Numbered from the stretch's first letter, positions 45,492-56,623 are shown. The stretch: 64,000 nt of DNA from Candidatus Thorarchaeota archaeon (GCA_038893995.1 JAWAQK010000001.1:61956-125955), one strand, 5' to 3'. The notes: generated by a model not told the origin, from the letters alone. Numbers and translations: made by a program.

Positions 45492-46175
45492 TTGTTTGAG
45501 ACAATAGACGAGTGCATTCACTTCCGTGCTAGCACCTCATTTGATAGCAATATCACTTTCCTGGACTGCGGGGCCAGCCGCGTACTGATAGACACGGGAA
45601 CGGGTCTATTCCACGACAGGCTTGAACAGGACCTGGCAAAGATTGGAAGGAAGCCCAGCGAGATCACGGACATTGTTCTGACACACAGTCACATCGATCA
45701 CATCGGAGGAGTTGCTAACTTCCTCGACAACGAGGACTTGACTGTTCATCTACACCGGATTGAGGCGGAGAGAATAAACAAGGGGGACCTTGAACTTACC
45801 CTGGTTGACACGTTTGGTGGAGAACTGCCTGCATTCAGGGTCGGGCATCTGCTTGAGGAGGGGAACACTCTGGAGTTCGGAGACCTCTCACTGAGGGTAT
45901 TGCATACCCCTGGCCACTCTGCAGGAAGCATATGTCTACACGAGGAGAGGCTTGGCATTATCATTACTGGAGACACTCTCTTTCCGGGTGGCAGTTTTGG
46001 CAGAGTCGATCTGCCCACAGGAAACTATCAGGACCTACTTGCGTCACTCAAGAGACTCTCAGAAATAGACTTCGAAATTGCATTGCCCGGTCACATGAAT
46101 CCCATCAGGAGAGATGCCAAGAGGGCAGCATATCTATCGTATGAGGTCGCTCGAGGAATGTTCAGTAGCTGGTGA
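45492..46175 (+). CDS. Metallo-beta-lactamase-fold hydrolase
   Basis: THSHIDHIGG, HTPGHS, GD, PGH. Confidence 0.92.
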   Translation: MFETIDECIHFRASTSFDSNITFLDCGASRVLIDTGTGLFHDRLEQDLAKIGRKPSEITDIVLTHSHIDHIGGVANFLDNEDLTVHLHRIEAERINKGDLELTLVDTFGGELPAFRVGHLLEEGNTLEFGDLSLRVLHTPGHSAGSICLHEERLGIIITGDTLFPGGSFGRVDLPTGNYQDLLASLKRLSEIDFEIALPGHMNPIRRDAKRAAYLSYEVARGMFSSW

Positions 46176-47145
46176 TAGCACTTGCGAGCTCAGGAACTGT
46201 CATGAAGGGAATTCTGCGACGGCTCCTGTCTGCAATGATTGTGGACTCGATGGCACGAACGAGCGCATACACGGACTCTGTCACCGGCACTGGGACGTCA
46301 AACTGCCTTGCAAGCCTGATCACAGAACCTGATATTGCATCTATCTCGGTACGCCGCCCGTTCAGGAGGTCTTGCAGCATCGAGTTGATGTTCTGAAACG
46401 TGGCCTTTGCAGTTCCAAGCGTGTATCTCACGGGATCGTCCGTGGTGAGTTTCACACCCATTGCCATTGCAACAGCAGTCGCTTCCTCGACCAGCCTCAC
46501 CACAAGCCTACGAAGCAGAGGGTTGTTGTACAGTTCTCCGTTGCGTAATCCAGTGAGCGCAGCAACTGGGTTCAGTCCGCAGTTGACGATCGTCTTTGTC
46601 CACACAAGACCGTCGACGTTGTCGCTCAACCGAACCTCGAGAGAGGCATATCTCAGTAGGTCTGCGACCTGCTCCATCTGAGGCCGGTTCTCAGGATAGT
46701 GTGTACCAATCTCCGTCAGACCCAGCCCTGTGACCGTGACCTCGCCTGGTGCGGTGACCACAGCTCCCATGCACGTTGTGGCCCTGAGTACGCGTCGAGT
46801 CTGAAGGATCTCTGCAGCTGCAATCTCAGAGTCAAGACCATTCTGCAGTACTAGAACGTACGCGCCCGAGTCGGATAGGTGACGAATGTCCCTAACAGCT
46901 GTGTGTGTATCGTACGCCTTTGTGGTCACAAACACAAAGTCAGCATGGTCGATCCCATTCGCAGTCGTACGAGCTTCTGGATAGGACGTGTGATCGCCAA
47001 CCAGTCCCTTCAGTCTGAGACCATTGCTGCTGATGGCATTCATGTGGATTGGTCGTCCTACGAGTGTGACATCGGCGCCGGCTTGACTCAGCAATCCACC
47101 GTACAGGCTCCCGATTGCCCCAGCTCCCATTACCACTATCCTCAA
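46162..47145 (-). CDS. panE: 2-dehydropantoate 2-reductase
   Basis: GAGAIG, TKAYD, QNG, W.K...N, SMLQD...GRRTEID. Confidence 0.93.
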   Translation of the reverse strand: MRIVVMGAGAIGSLYGGLLSQAGADVTLVGRPIHMNAISSNGLRLKGLVGDHTSYPEARTTANGIDHADFVFVTTKAYDTHTAVRDIRHLSDSGAYVLVLQNGLDSEIAAAEILQTRRVLRATTCMGAVVTAPGEVTVTGLGLTEIGTHYPENRPQMEQVADLLRYASLEVRLSDNVDGLVWTKTIVNCGLNPVAALTGLRNGELYNNPLLRRLVVRLVEEATAVAMAMGVKLTTDDPVRYTLGTAKATFQNINSMLQDLLNGRRTEIDAISGSVIRLARQFDVPVPVTESVYALVRAIESTIIADRSRRRIPFMTVPELASAITSY

Positions 47146-47960
47146 GATATCGCCTCCGTTGTCCTTTTCCCGGGCCTTTCATGGATTGGCAGTTCAAATG
47201 GGTAGTTCTTGATATACTCCAGCATGTGATCAAGACTCTCACGGAGATTCTGGGTATTGTCAAAGCCATCGAGGACTGCCCTCAGCTCTTCGCGACCCAG
47301 ATCCTTCATGCTCTGTGCCAGGCGCACCATGAGTGGCAATGCCCTGACAATATTGTCGACGATTGTTATGTTCGAGGACCTTGCAGTCCGACTCATGGGG
47401 TTGAGATCAATTGAGATGACCATCTTTCCAAGCCTGCGCAGGGCCTCAGTGCGGTCGCCATCCTCTAGGGGGACAAGCACTACATCTGCACTTGCGATCC
47501 CATCGCGATCCACCCTTCTACGATTGCTGCTGAGTTCGGGAATGTTTGTCAAGGGTCGTTCGCTCGTTCCTAGGACTCGATCCGCTCCGGCTGCCACAAG
47601 CCTCTTTCGAATAGCATCCTCCCGCTCACGGCTGTAGTAGAACAGGTTTATCTCGAGGGGTATTCCAAGGGTCTTTGAGAGTGCAACAAGGTCATCAGGT
47701 ACAAGTGCGCAGGCATTGCCATTGACACTTATCACAGGTCTGTCTGCGAGAATGAGCGCTGCGACTGCCGCACGCGCAGCCTTCTCTGCCGCATCTGTTG
47801 TGCGTTCGCCAATGAGGTAGTCAAATGCCTCTCCGCGGCCGTGAGCAAGTAGGCCTGCTGTTGCAACCAAATTGGATCTGTGGCCCTCAATGAGACGATG
47901 TCTGATCTCTAACGAGAGTCGGCGTGGATGGTCAGGTGGTATCTCAATGTCCATATTCAA
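47142..47960 (-). CDS. Archaeal phosphopantothenate synthetase
   Basis: IP.DHPR..SL, AHGRGEAFDYLIGE, VPLEDGDR, IDLNP.SRT. Confidence 0.95.
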   Translation of the reverse strand: MNMDIEIPPDHPRRLSLEIRHRLIEGHRSNLVATAGLLAHGRGEAFDYLIGERTTDAAEKAARAAVAALILADRPVISVNGNACALVPDDLVALSKTLGIPLEINLFYYSREREDAIRKRLVAAGADRVLGTSERPLTNIPELSSNRRRVDRDGIASADVVLVPLEDGDRTEALRRLGKMVISIDLNPMSRTARSSNITIVDNIVRALPLMVRLAQSMKDLGREELRAVLDGFDNTQNLRESLDHMLEYIKNYPFELPIHERPGKRTTEAIS

Positions 47961-48868
47961 AGAAGATGCCCTCCTGTCTTAGATATCGTTGTCGTGATAA
48001 TGTCCTCTGCGGACCAGTATCGGGAGAGTGTCGACACTGCATCCGCCACTTCGTCGTCGTGACACAGGCAGAAGACGGAGTCACCGAGCATTACCATGCT
48101 TGAACGAGTGAGACCCTGCCTGTCGAGCTGCTCGAGGGTGCTACGGATACGCGCACTCATCAGTCCTATGCCAACCGAGAATCTTCTGGAACAGTCTATG
48201 ATCGAATCGACAGAAGGAGAGGCGGTGACTTCCGAAACCAGCTGTCGAGATACCTGCTCGATCCGAGCCCTGTAGTCTGGATCGGAGAGGACGCTCTTAG
48301 TACTCATCACGCCCCCGGCAAGGACCACCCGAATGTCCTGTGGGTGTTGAACCTGTATCAATTCACCAATGCCAGGAGCACCAGGACGTGTACGTACCTC
48401 CATTCCACCCACCGTCTGGGCGATGACGTCCCCAAGGCCAGTCTTGTTTTCTACCTCTGCTCTGTGAGCAAACTGTCCAGCCTCGTTAAGAGACATATTT
48501 CTGTCCACCAGCGATCCCAGTGCAATCGACGCGCTGAGCGCACCAGCACCCGACGCTCCGAAGCCTGCACCGATCTTGAGTGGAGAACGATAACTGACCG
48601 TCACCCCATGACCGTTCAGTCCGAACCGCTGAACAATATCACGGACCACCATGACTGTCACCGGGGCATCAATTACGACACCGTTGTATAGTACCTTGAA
48701 CCCGCCAGGTCTGTCGGACAGTGTGACAGTCGCCTCGACACCTGCGTCGATACAGAAACCAGCTCCTACAGATCCTCGTCGCAGGGGGTCCGGATCGGAG
48801 TCTAGCGCTCGAAACAGACCCGTGATATGTCCAGGTGAGAATGCACGTGCGGTTCGCGGACCATTCAA
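47957..48868 (-). CDS. Pantoate kinase (GHMP superfamily)
   Basis: AFSPGHITG, GAGFGASGA, AH.AEV...TGLGDV, GAPG; TTG 48868. Confidence 0.93.
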   Translation of the reverse strand: MNGPRTARAFSPGHITGLFRALDSDPDPLRRGSVGAGFCIDAGVEATVTLSDRPGGFKVLYNGVVIDAPVTVMVVRDIVQRFGLNGHGVTVSYRSPLKIGAGFGASGAGALSASIALGSLVDRNMSLNEAGQFAHRAEVENKTGLGDVIAQTVGGMEVRTRPGAPGIGELIQVQHPQDIRVVLAGGVMSTKSVLSDPDYRARIEQVSRQLVSEVTASPSVDSIIDCSRRFSVGIGLMSARIRSTLEQLDRQGLTRSSMVMLGDSVFCLCHDDEVADAVSTLSRYWSAEDIITTTISKTGGHLL

Positions 48869-48963
48869 GTCTCCATCAGTCTTAATCAAGGATGTATAGA
48901 ATCTATAAACTAGCTCATTGAACCATTGAATATGTACCCATGTCATCAAGTAAATGGTATGGA

Positions 48964-49821
48964 TCAGGTCAGTGGGACAAGGCTAGTATAGCCCTTGATG
49001 CGAGGGTCATTGGTAAACTCCTTTGTCGGAAAGGCCCATCTTGCATCTATGTCACGACCACTCAGATCGTAGACCTTGAAACTTCCGGACGACCATGTGA
49101 GTGGACTGAAGCCCAGCAGCAATGTCTGAGTCCTCCAGCTCATCACTGCAATGTGACGATTCATCCCTGCAGTGGGGACCACTAGAAACACATTGGACAG
49201 CTCCATTATCAGAGATGTGCTGAGTCTGTAGAAGAAACTGTACTTCTTTCGATGCTCCTCCGAACCTAGCCGCCTGAGATCGTTGAGATACCGCAACAGG
49301 GTGGTGTCGTGAGTACTAGGGTCCATGACGTGGGACATGTCATCAATGTCATATGCTACGGCAGTTTCGAAGTAATAGGCGAGTGGAAACTCCGTAATAT
49401 GAAATATGAGAAACTTGTTCTTGGTCACAACGTGGTACAGATGCTGGAATATCGCCTGTTTGGAATACAGCATACCGGGGTCGAAGCTGGCGGGACGGAA
49501 GTTATCGAACTCCTCCGAAACCACTAGTCGAAAAAGGTCGTCAAGCATGTCGCCATCGTATCCCAGCTTCACCACGTAGTAGGGACGTTTAGACGAACCC
49601 TCATCGATCCGACCCGTCGAGGTCAGATACTCATCAAAGTCCGTGAGAAAAGTGTCAAACTCCTCATCGTCATCCAAGATAAAAAGGGACTGACTTGGTG
49701 TTCCGAAGGCAGAAACCACACTGTCGTAAGCAATAAAGCGTGCCCGCCTCTCAGGTGGGTATTCAGTCTGGAGCGGGTTCCAGCCTCGCAGAGGGCTTCC
49801 CTCTTCGGTCAAATCATTCAC
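48964..49821 (-). CDS. Hypothetical protein
   Basis: 285-aa ORF with GGTGA SD; no motif recognised. Confidence 0.7.
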   Translation of the reverse strand: MNDLTEEGSPLRGWNPLQTEYPPERRARFIAYDSVVSAFGTPSQSLFILDDDEEFDTFLTDFDEYLTSTGRIDEGSSKRPYYVVKLGYDGDMLDDLFRLVVSEEFDNFRPASFDPGMLYSKQAIFQHLYHVVTKNKFLIFHITEFPLAYYFETAVAYDIDDMSHVMDPSTHDTTLLRYLNDLRRLGSEEHRKKYSFFYRLSTSLIMELSNVFLVVPTAGMNRHIAVMSWRTQTLLLGFSPLTWSSGSFKVYDLSGRDIDARWAFPTKEFTNDPRIKGYTSLVPLT

Positions 49822-50015
49822 CTTTCGTCGGACTCAGTGCCGGCGGCAATTTCCGGTCTAGCTGCGTCAAGTACATGCGACTTGAATCACAGACCAGAGC
49901 CATTGCGCATATATCCTTTGCTCGGACTCCACGCTGAGACGGAAATGGCCGACTCCGTCACATCGCCCTGCTCATGTTTATCTATGACTCGAGACATCGC
50001 ATCCATGTGAAGACC

Positions 50016-51287
50016 ATGTTTCCGGTAGACCATACATCCAAGCTCATCATCGGAAGCCAGACACATCTCCTGGCGGGCAAGAGGATAGTACTCTGTGTGA
50101 CTGGCAGTGTGGCTGCTGTCCAGTGCGTTGAGCTGGCAAGGCAGCTCATGCGATGGGGAGCCGAGGTCTACTGTGTGATGAGCAGAAATGCCCGGACCAT
50201 CATCCACCCCTATCTCCTCGAGTGGGCGACAGGCAATTATGTCGTCACCAGACTGACTGGCAGAATAGAACATGTCACACTAGCTGGAAGTCACGAGGGA
50301 CATGCGGATCTTGTGTTGGTTGCTCCGGCTACTGCCAACACAATCGGCAAGATAGCCAATGGTATCGACGATACACCCGTGACAACGACGGTATCCTCCG
50401 CGATCGGAGCCAGAATCCCGGTCATTGTCGTGCCAGCAATGCATCGGTCAATGTATGACCATCCTGCTGTCATCGAGAATATTGAGAAACTCAGACATAT
50501 TGGTGTCAAGATTGTCCAGCCCAGACTGGAAGAGGCCAAGGCCAAGTTCCCATCTCTGACTGAGATTGTCGAGGCAGTCTATTCGTCACTCGTGGAGCAC
50601 GATCTGGAGGGGAAGAGAGTAGTCGTAACAGCTGGTCCCACGAGGGGCTGGATTGACAGGGTACGTTTCATGACCAACCCGTCCAGCGGGAAGATGGGAA
50701 TAGAGATTGCAAAGGAGGCACTCGCCCGCGGGGCTGATGTGACACTGATCCTAGGTCCTTCCCAGGAGATTCCGCCTGAACAGGTAAGACTGGTGAGGGT
50801 CGATTCGACCAGAGAGATGCGGGACGCAGTGATCGACGCGATCCAGACGAATGGGGCTGAAGTACTGATCTCTGCGGCTGCAGTACTTGACTTCGAGCCA
50901 GAGAAGAGGGAGGAGCGGAAGAGACCATCGGGGGAGGACTATTCCATCAAGCTAGTATCCACACCCAAGATCATCGACGAAGCAAGGGAGAGATTTCCGG
51001 GCCTGTTCATCGTTGGATTCAAGCTCGAGTCGGGTCTGAACGATGATCAACTCTGCGCAAGGGCACGTGAGAAGATAGAGTCTGGGGTATGCGATCTCGT
51101 TGTCGCAAATGACGAGCGACGAAGCGGGGCTGCCTTCGGCTCAGACACCAACGAGGTACTAGTGGTGGGGCCTGAGGGGCTCATCAGAAAGATTGGTCCC
51201 TTCTCGAAGCGAGAGGTGGCACGAGGAATAGTGGACACACTAGTCCAGAAACTTCGGAATACGAGGGATGGCACGAAGACGTCATAG
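50016..51287 (+). CDS. coaBC: Bifunctional phosphopantothenoylcysteine decarboxylase/ligase
   Basis: TGSVAA, PATANTIGK, PAMH, TAGPT, NPSSGKMG, VGFKLE, VVAND. Confidence 0.95.
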   Translation: MFPVDHTSKLIIGSQTHLLAGKRIVLCVTGSVAAVQCVELARQLMRWGAEVYCVMSRNARTIIHPYLLEWATGNYVVTRLTGRIEHVTLAGSHEGHADLVLVAPATANTIGKIANGIDDTPVTTTVSSAIGARIPVIVVPAMHRSMYDHPAVIENIEKLRHIGVKIVQPRLEEAKAKFPSLTEIVEAVYSSLVEHDLEGKRVVVTAGPTRGWIDRVRFMTNPSSGKMGIEIAKEALARGADVTLILGPSQEIPPEQVRLVRVDSTREMRDAVIDAIQTNGAEVLISAAAVLDFEPEKREERKRPSGEDYSIKLVSTPKIIDEARERFPGLFIVGFKLESGLNDDQLCARAREKIESGVCDLVVANDERRSGAAFGSDTNEVLVVGPEGLIRKIGPFSKREVARGIVDTLVQKLRNTRDGTKTS

Positions 51288-51644
51288 TATCTCCAGCAGT
51301 TTCTTTGCCATCCTCCTCATGTCGACGAATATCAGACCCAACTGGGCGTCAGGCTTGGCAAGTACCAGCAGGAGAGCGTTATCTCCTACCGATGTCATCA
51401 GTGCATAGCCGCGCTCGCCCTTGACATAGATCTCCTGTAGACCACCGCGATTAAGTTCTCCCGTAGCCTTCTCACCAAGTGACAAGATTGCAGCACTGAT
51501 TGCCGCTACTCGCTCCTGTTCACTCTCGGGCAGAGCAGAAGATATCATCAGACCATCCAGGGAAACGAGTGCCGCACCTTCCACGCCAGGGACAGTCTCG
51601 AAGTCCCTCACGGTTGCGTTGATTCGCTCTACACGGCTTGACAT
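51282..51644 (-). CDS. Roadblock/LC7 (MglB-like) domain protein
   Basis: GVEGAALVSLDGLMISS...VAAISAA...G.L..IYVKGE.G...LGLI. Confidence 0.92.
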   Translation of the reverse strand: MSSRVERINATVRDFETVPGVEGAALVSLDGLMISSALPESEQERVAAISAAILSLGEKATGELNRGGLQEIYVKGERGYALMTSVGDNALLLVLAKPDAQLGLIFVDMRRMAKKLLEIL

Positions 51645-51735
51645 CGTGATGTCCTCTCAATGCAGTAGAGGCCACAAGGTGTGTACTAAAATGTTGTTGT
51701 GCCAGGACCTCAAAATGCGCATCAATTTGCGCATT

Positions 51736-54700
51736 TCAGTCGATACCAAAGAGCTCCTTGGGGTCAATCTCCTCGTCCTTCCGCCGCTGTTCCTCCCTGC
51801 GTCGCTTCTCTTCCTCACTCGAGAGACGTCTGTCACCGCGCGCATGTCGTTTCCAGGGTAGATGGCGGTGTGTCTCGTGAGCTCCCCGGTTGGCATGATA
51901 TCTGTAGACGGAGACCATGACGACTGCTGCAAACGCGCCCACGACGACAGCTATGATCAGCCACGGGATGGGGCGTACATACATGAATCCGAGCACCACT
52001 GCGTCCAATGTATCATACCCCGGGTGATGAGCATGTAGCCTGAGTGTGATTGACCCAATATTGGCGCTAGTCCACGACTCGTTCAGAGTGACCGCATAGG
52101 CACCTCCGCCCAAACTCTGGACCGACATGGTGACATCAGTTGAGTTGAACCACACGCTCAGGTTCAGTCCATTGACTCCTACCAACAGTGCGTCAGTGAT
52201 GTGTAGTGTTACTGTTACACGGTCCCCCGCCCAGATTATCTCTTGACTCCTAGTGACACGGTATAGAATCAGCGAACGTCCGTCCATCCATGACACCACA
52301 TTTGAGAAGAACTCATCCCTGTCTTCGGCATTGGGCTGAACTGTAGTGATAGCGACCTTCCCGAGACCGACCACTGATGCAATGAGTACAGGATCATTGC
52401 TGCCAAGAGCAAGCACTGAGTAGTTTGCCCACATGTTCTGCAAAGTGCCCGAAAAGGGCATGGAGTCAGGTAGCATGTTCGGATACGACGTGAGCGGATG
52501 GTCTCGATCGACTATCTCAATCGCCGGACCACTGTCCAGGCCATCGTAGCTGACAGGCCATGGGATCCATGAGAGATCTCCCGAGGCACCAACTACAGCC
52601 AGAATACCACCTCTTCTGACGTACCGCTCAATGTCGGAGCTCGTCGCGGCCAAATGGGATGCAAGCGACTCGACTACATCGGGCTCGGTCACGACACAGC
52701 GACGCAATGGAAGAAGACTCACAAACTCACTCAAGTTGCTCGCTCCATAGAACTCGTAGGACACACCGATACTATCAAAGACGTCCCTCAGGTAATTGGT
52801 CGCTCCCAGACCAACCACAGGAGGTACCCCGCGGCCCGGAGTCCTTGTTCCCAGACTCAGGAGTCGTGGATCTAGTGAGGGTATACGGGCAGTGGTCTGG
52901 GGGTTATAGAGCATGACTGATGGATCCCCGAAGAGGAGGTGCTGGTTTGCATAGTCCACGGGATCGTGTGGAGGAGGATCTGTGTAGTCGTAGGACGCCA
53001 TCTTGACAGCTAGACTGAGAGACTCGCCTGTTGAGTTACCATCTGCCAGTCCACTGAGTATGAACAGTGAGAACAGGGCAGCAGACTGAAAGTAGACCGT
53101 CCGAGGGGAACCGTACACCGCGACGGCACCTCTTCGCATGAGTGCTATGGGCAGTTCGGAGCCACCAAGCAGGCAAGCGGTGAGCACTACAATCGGAGAA
53201 CCTATGCGTCCTACGGACGCCATGAGAGTTTCCGTCGAAACTATCGTATGTAGGGACTCTTCCTCGGGAAACTGCACTGGATTGACTATCTGATCTCCAT
53301 TCTTGTCGCGCATGGTTGCACTCTCTGCGCCATAAGGTGCATCCGTCGATCTGAGTGACAGAAGACCTGGTCCGTTGGGTCGCCTGGGAGGGTCTGTGGG
53401 ATACCGCGTCAGAGTGCCGTGTGTACTAAGCGCCCACACCCCAGGCTGACTGGAGAGTGCTGCAAAGACCTCGGCAGATCCAACATGGGATGATATGGCA
53501 TACCCCGCACTCTGAAGGATTGATGTTGTGTTCTCGTACTGAAGGATCCTGTGTCCCTGGGGAAGATTGTCAGCGATTACGGCACCGTGCGTATAGGCAT
53601 ACATTGTGACCAGTGCTGTGTCGAACGATTGTGCAAGGTCAAACAGGAACCGATGCAGCATGGCTCGATTCACCATGACTGATGAGGCACTGGGCTCTAG
53701 CTCGGGAATTCGACCGGGTGAGAATCTGCCCTGCAGGGATCTGTCAAAGCTGGGTTTCACTAGGTCAGGTGGTGACAGTATCACTACCTGTTGTCGACGG
53801 TGCGAGTCAAGTGCTCCACGTGCCTGAAGGAAATCAATGAAACTGCTTGACGAGTGGAACATCGAGTAACGGTTCGGGATGCGTTCGTCATACCAGCCAT
53901 TCTCGGAACGAGTGGTGTACCGGCTCGTCACAAATATGTCGATATCCGGGCCGATTAGATACGGGTACCATGTCGATTCGGCCCAGGTAGTGAGACTGTT
54001 GTCACTACCACACATGGAGAACACGGGAGCACCATGAAATGCGCCGCTGAGGGCCGCAGGGGCTAGTAGTTCAGACCCGTTCCCAAGCGGTATTGTGAGC
54101 ACCACGTCCGAAGTGTCTGACAGAGATCGGATCCACCCCGTGACCAGCTGGTGGCTCGTCAAATTCACAACCGTGGAGAAACTTGCGAGCGAGGAGTAGA
54201 GTGCCTGGGTATGCAGGGCTGCGGGGTCTACGAGTATGCTAGTGTTGACGCCGAGCCTTGTCATCGCATAAGTTGTGATATCTGGTACCGAGTCGCGGTC
54301 GACATACACTAGTGGTGCATTGAGCAGAGAGGCAAGTACAGCGCCATTAGCTGCAGACTCGAGATAGTCCTGCATATCGGCGGGCATCGACTCGATCTCC
54401 CACGATAGATTGACAGTGACGCCAGCATCTGTACTCATTCGTGCACCAACAAGGGTCCAATCGCCCTCTCGGGGGTACTTGACCTCCAGGCTCTCAGTCC
54501 CTGGCGATGACAGCGGACTACCTGAAGGACCCCACGCCACTAGGACGCCATCAGGATCTAGGAGTGCAAAGTTCATGTCAATCATGTTGCCGCCACCCCA
54601 CAGTGCTCGGACCTTCAGAGACTTTGCCAGGGGAGGCACCGATATCGTATGCGTAAACCCAGGATGGAAAGTGACTACGCAATCGAAGTTGATGGTACGA

Positions 54701-55608
54701 GAAATCGTGACCTCCGGACGCACGATCAAGCGCCACTGACCAGACCGAGTATTGGGTACCCAGAAATACAGCGGTAGGGGCGCACTCAGTCCGGAGTAGA
54801 ATCGTTCCCAGTAGACCTGGGATCTGACCGAGTAGTCAATGCTCCGAGAGTAGTCGTCCATGAGGACATGTGTGAAATACTCGGGACCAGTCCAGTTCAG
54901 CGAGCCCTCTATCCAACCGACCCCCGTGGGGACCTGAAACGTAAGTGTGACGGGGTTTGACGAACTTATGCTCAGGGATGGTGTGATGACAGACGCAGCC
55001 CCGGCACTCACCGTGATGTCGGCCTGACCTGTTACAATGGTATTCCCTGGGAAGGAGTCTCTCGAGAGAGCAACAACTGCGATACTTGACCGGTTCCATT
55101 CTGATAGGGCCAACATCGCTGCATTCTCAGCTGAGGAGGCTCCCTGGATCCATGGGTACACCTTGGAGCCGAACATGCCTCCTAGTTTCATCACAGCACT
55201 GGTTGGTACGTCACCTATCACTGTCAGCTGAGTGGCCCCGCTGTCTCTGGCCAGAACCTCAGACCAGTCTTCCATGAACCAATCGAGATACTCAGAGGGA
55301 TCATACTGCAACAGCGGAGACAGGTATCTGGTGCTCCCATTATAGAAGACTGAGTAGGGTACGGCTGAGATGTAGGAGAACTCATCAATGTACGAGTTGG
55401 GGTCAGAGGATACCAGTGTCACTCGTCTCAGAGGTACAATGGGACCATCAGGACCAGCGCTAGGTCCAGTCGTAGTATTGTCGATGCCGGAGACAGTCTG
55501 CAAGGGCAGCTCACCGACGTCGAGTGCAATGAACATCGGCGCCAGCAGCACGACGAGCATGGAGATTGACTTCAGTCGCGGTTTTGCGAAACTCAATGCA
55601 CAGACCAA
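51736..55608 (-). CDS. Large membrane-anchored extracellular protein with cell-wall-binding-2-like segments and C25/gingipain-like domain
   Basis: Signal peptide; NGAVLASLLNAPLVYV; STHG and LTACLLG putative dyad; LFGDP; C-terminal TM plus charged tail. Confidence 0.7.
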   Translation of the reverse strand: MVCALSFAKPRLKSISMLVVLLAPMFIALDVGELPLQTVSGIDNTTTGPSAGPDGPIVPLRRVTLVSSDPNSYIDEFSYISAVPYSVFYNGSTRYLSPLLQYDPSEYLDWFMEDWSEVLARDSGATQLTVIGDVPTSAVMKLGGMFGSKVYPWIQGASSAENAAMLALSEWNRSSIAVVALSRDSFPGNTIVTGQADITVSAGAASVITPSLSISSSNPVTLTFQVPTGVGWIEGSLNWTGPEYFTHVLMDDYSRSIDYSVRSQVYWERFYSGLSAPLPLYFWVPNTRSGQWRLIVRPEVTISRTINFDCVVTFHPGFTHTISVPPLAKSLKVRALWGGGNMIDMNFALLDPDGVLVAWGPSGSPLSSPGTESLEVKYPREGDWTLVGARMSTDAGVTVNLSWEIESMPADMQDYLESAANGAVLASLLNAPLVYVDRDSVPDITTYAMTRLGVNTSILVDPAALHTQALYSSLASFSTVVNLTSHQLVTGWIRSLSDTSDVVLTIPLGNGSELLAPAALSGAFHGAPVFSMCGSDNSLTTWAESTWYPYLIGPDIDIFVTSRYTTRSENGWYDERIPNRYSMFHSSSSFIDFLQARGALDSHRRQQVVILSPPDLVKPSFDRSLQGRFSPGRIPELEPSASSVMVNRAMLHRFLFDLAQSFDTALVTMYAYTHGAVIADNLPQGHRILQYENTTSILQSAGYAISSHVGSAEVFAALSSQPGVWALSTHGTLTRYPTDPPRRPNGPGLLSLRSTDAPYGAESATMRDKNGDQIVNPVQFPEEESLHTIVSTETLMASVGRIGSPIVVLTACLLGGSELPIALMRRGAVAVYGSPRTVYFQSAALFSLFILSGLADGNSTGESLSLAVKMASYDYTDPPPHDPVDYANQHLLFGDPSVMLYNPQTTARIPSLDPRLLSLGTRTPGRGVPPVVGLGATNYLRDVFDSIGVSYEFYGASNLSEFVSLLPLRRCVVTEPDVVESLASHLAATSSDIERYVRRGGILAVVGASGDLSWIPWPVSYDGLDSGPAIEIVDRDHPLTSYPNMLPDSMPFSGTLQNMWANYSVLALGSNDPVLIASVVGLGKVAITTVQPNAEDRDEFFSNVVSWMDGRSLILYRVTRSQEIIWAGDRVTVTLHITDALLVGVNGLNLSVWFNSTDVTMSVQSLGGGAYAVTLNESWTSANIGSITLRLHAHHPGYDTLDAVVLGFMYVRPIPWLIIAVVVGAFAAVVMVSVYRYHANRGAHETHRHLPWKRHARGDRRLSSEEEKRRREEQRRKDEEIDPKELFGID

Positions 55609-55663
55609 CAGGACATCTGCTGTATTCGGTAATAGTCTTTTTCCGATTAGAGTCCGGGGACTC

Positions 55664-56584
55664 TTACTCCAGCTCGGTGTCGTCAGAGAGATCTGACTCC
55701 AGGTCGGCCAGGTCTTCTATGTCTTCGAGGTCCTCGTCCTCAAGATCTTCCTCTGGCTCCTCTGGAAGCTTATCTATGATCTCATCTATCGTCTGGCGGA
55801 GCCTTCGCCGAGTCGCCTTTGGTACATCCCAGATCTTGGCCTCGGCTCTCTCAATGGCCTCTCGGGCAATGTCGAACATCTCCGACTCTAGGTAACCTTG
55901 GGCGGCCTCCACGAAGCACTCAATGGCCCTCCTCTGGTTGTTGTTGAGCTCTGCGATCTCTCCAAGCAGGGAAAGTACGTCAGCCACTCCGGCCTTGTCA
56001 TTCAGTTCTCTGTACGTGGCAAGGGCCTTCTTCAGGGTCTTCTCAGCATTCTCCCAGTCTTCCTGTTCCATGTAGGCGTTTCCCATGTCCATTATCGTGC
56101 TGGCTGCACCCTGTTCGTTACCAATGTCCTTGTATGCACGTTGGGCGCGTCGGAGGAACTCCATCGCTTCGTCAAAAGAACGCATGCCCATCTTCGCAAG
56201 ACCCAGCCCGTAGAGCGAGTCTGCTATGCCCTCCTGGTTAGAAACCTTCTCAAACAGATGCATGGCCTCCTCACACGACTTGGCTGCATCCTCGTAACGC
56301 TCGAGGTTCATCTGCGCAATTCCAAGGTTGTAGACAGTGTCACTGACACCATTATCGTCACCAAGTTCCCGATACAGTTTCAGAGCCTTCTCGAAGTTTG
56401 AGAGAGCATCCTCGTAATCAGCTAGAGTCATGTAGATGTTGCCCGCAGCGTTGTACAGTCTTGCGGCTCCTGACTTGTCGCCAGCCCGCTCGAGAGAACC
56501 TGCATCCTCAACGAGCTGGATTGGATCCACGTCATCGGAGGGCTCGGTTTCGTTCACTCTGATCACCTTGTCGATGAGCATCAC
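55664..56584 (-). CDS. Tetratricopeptide repeat protein with acidic tail
   Basis: About 40-aa repeats (ALKLYRELGD..G.SD..YNLG); D/E-rich C-terminus. Confidence 0.9.
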   Translation of the reverse strand: MMLIDKVIRVNETEPSDDVDPIQLVEDAGSLERAGDKSGAARLYNAAGNIYMTLADYEDALSNFEKALKLYRELGDDNGVSDTVYNLGIAQMNLERYEDAAKSCEEAMHLFEKVSNQEGIADSLYGLGLAKMGMRSFDEAMEFLRRAQRAYKDIGNEQGAASTIMDMGNAYMEQEDWENAEKTLKKALATYRELNDKAGVADVLSLLGEIAELNNNQRRAIECFVEAAQGYLESEMFDIAREAIERAEAKIWDVPKATRRRLRQTIDEIIDKLPEEPEEDLEDEDLEDIEDLADLESDLSDDTELE

Positions 56585-56623
56585 GAAGCCTTGCGGCTGA
56601 CTTTTGACTCTTTCCTTTGAAGG

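Noticed and set aside
55664-56584. alpha-SNAP homolog
   Set aside because: Some helices resemble SNAP, but the regular 40-aa repeats fit a generic TPR protein.
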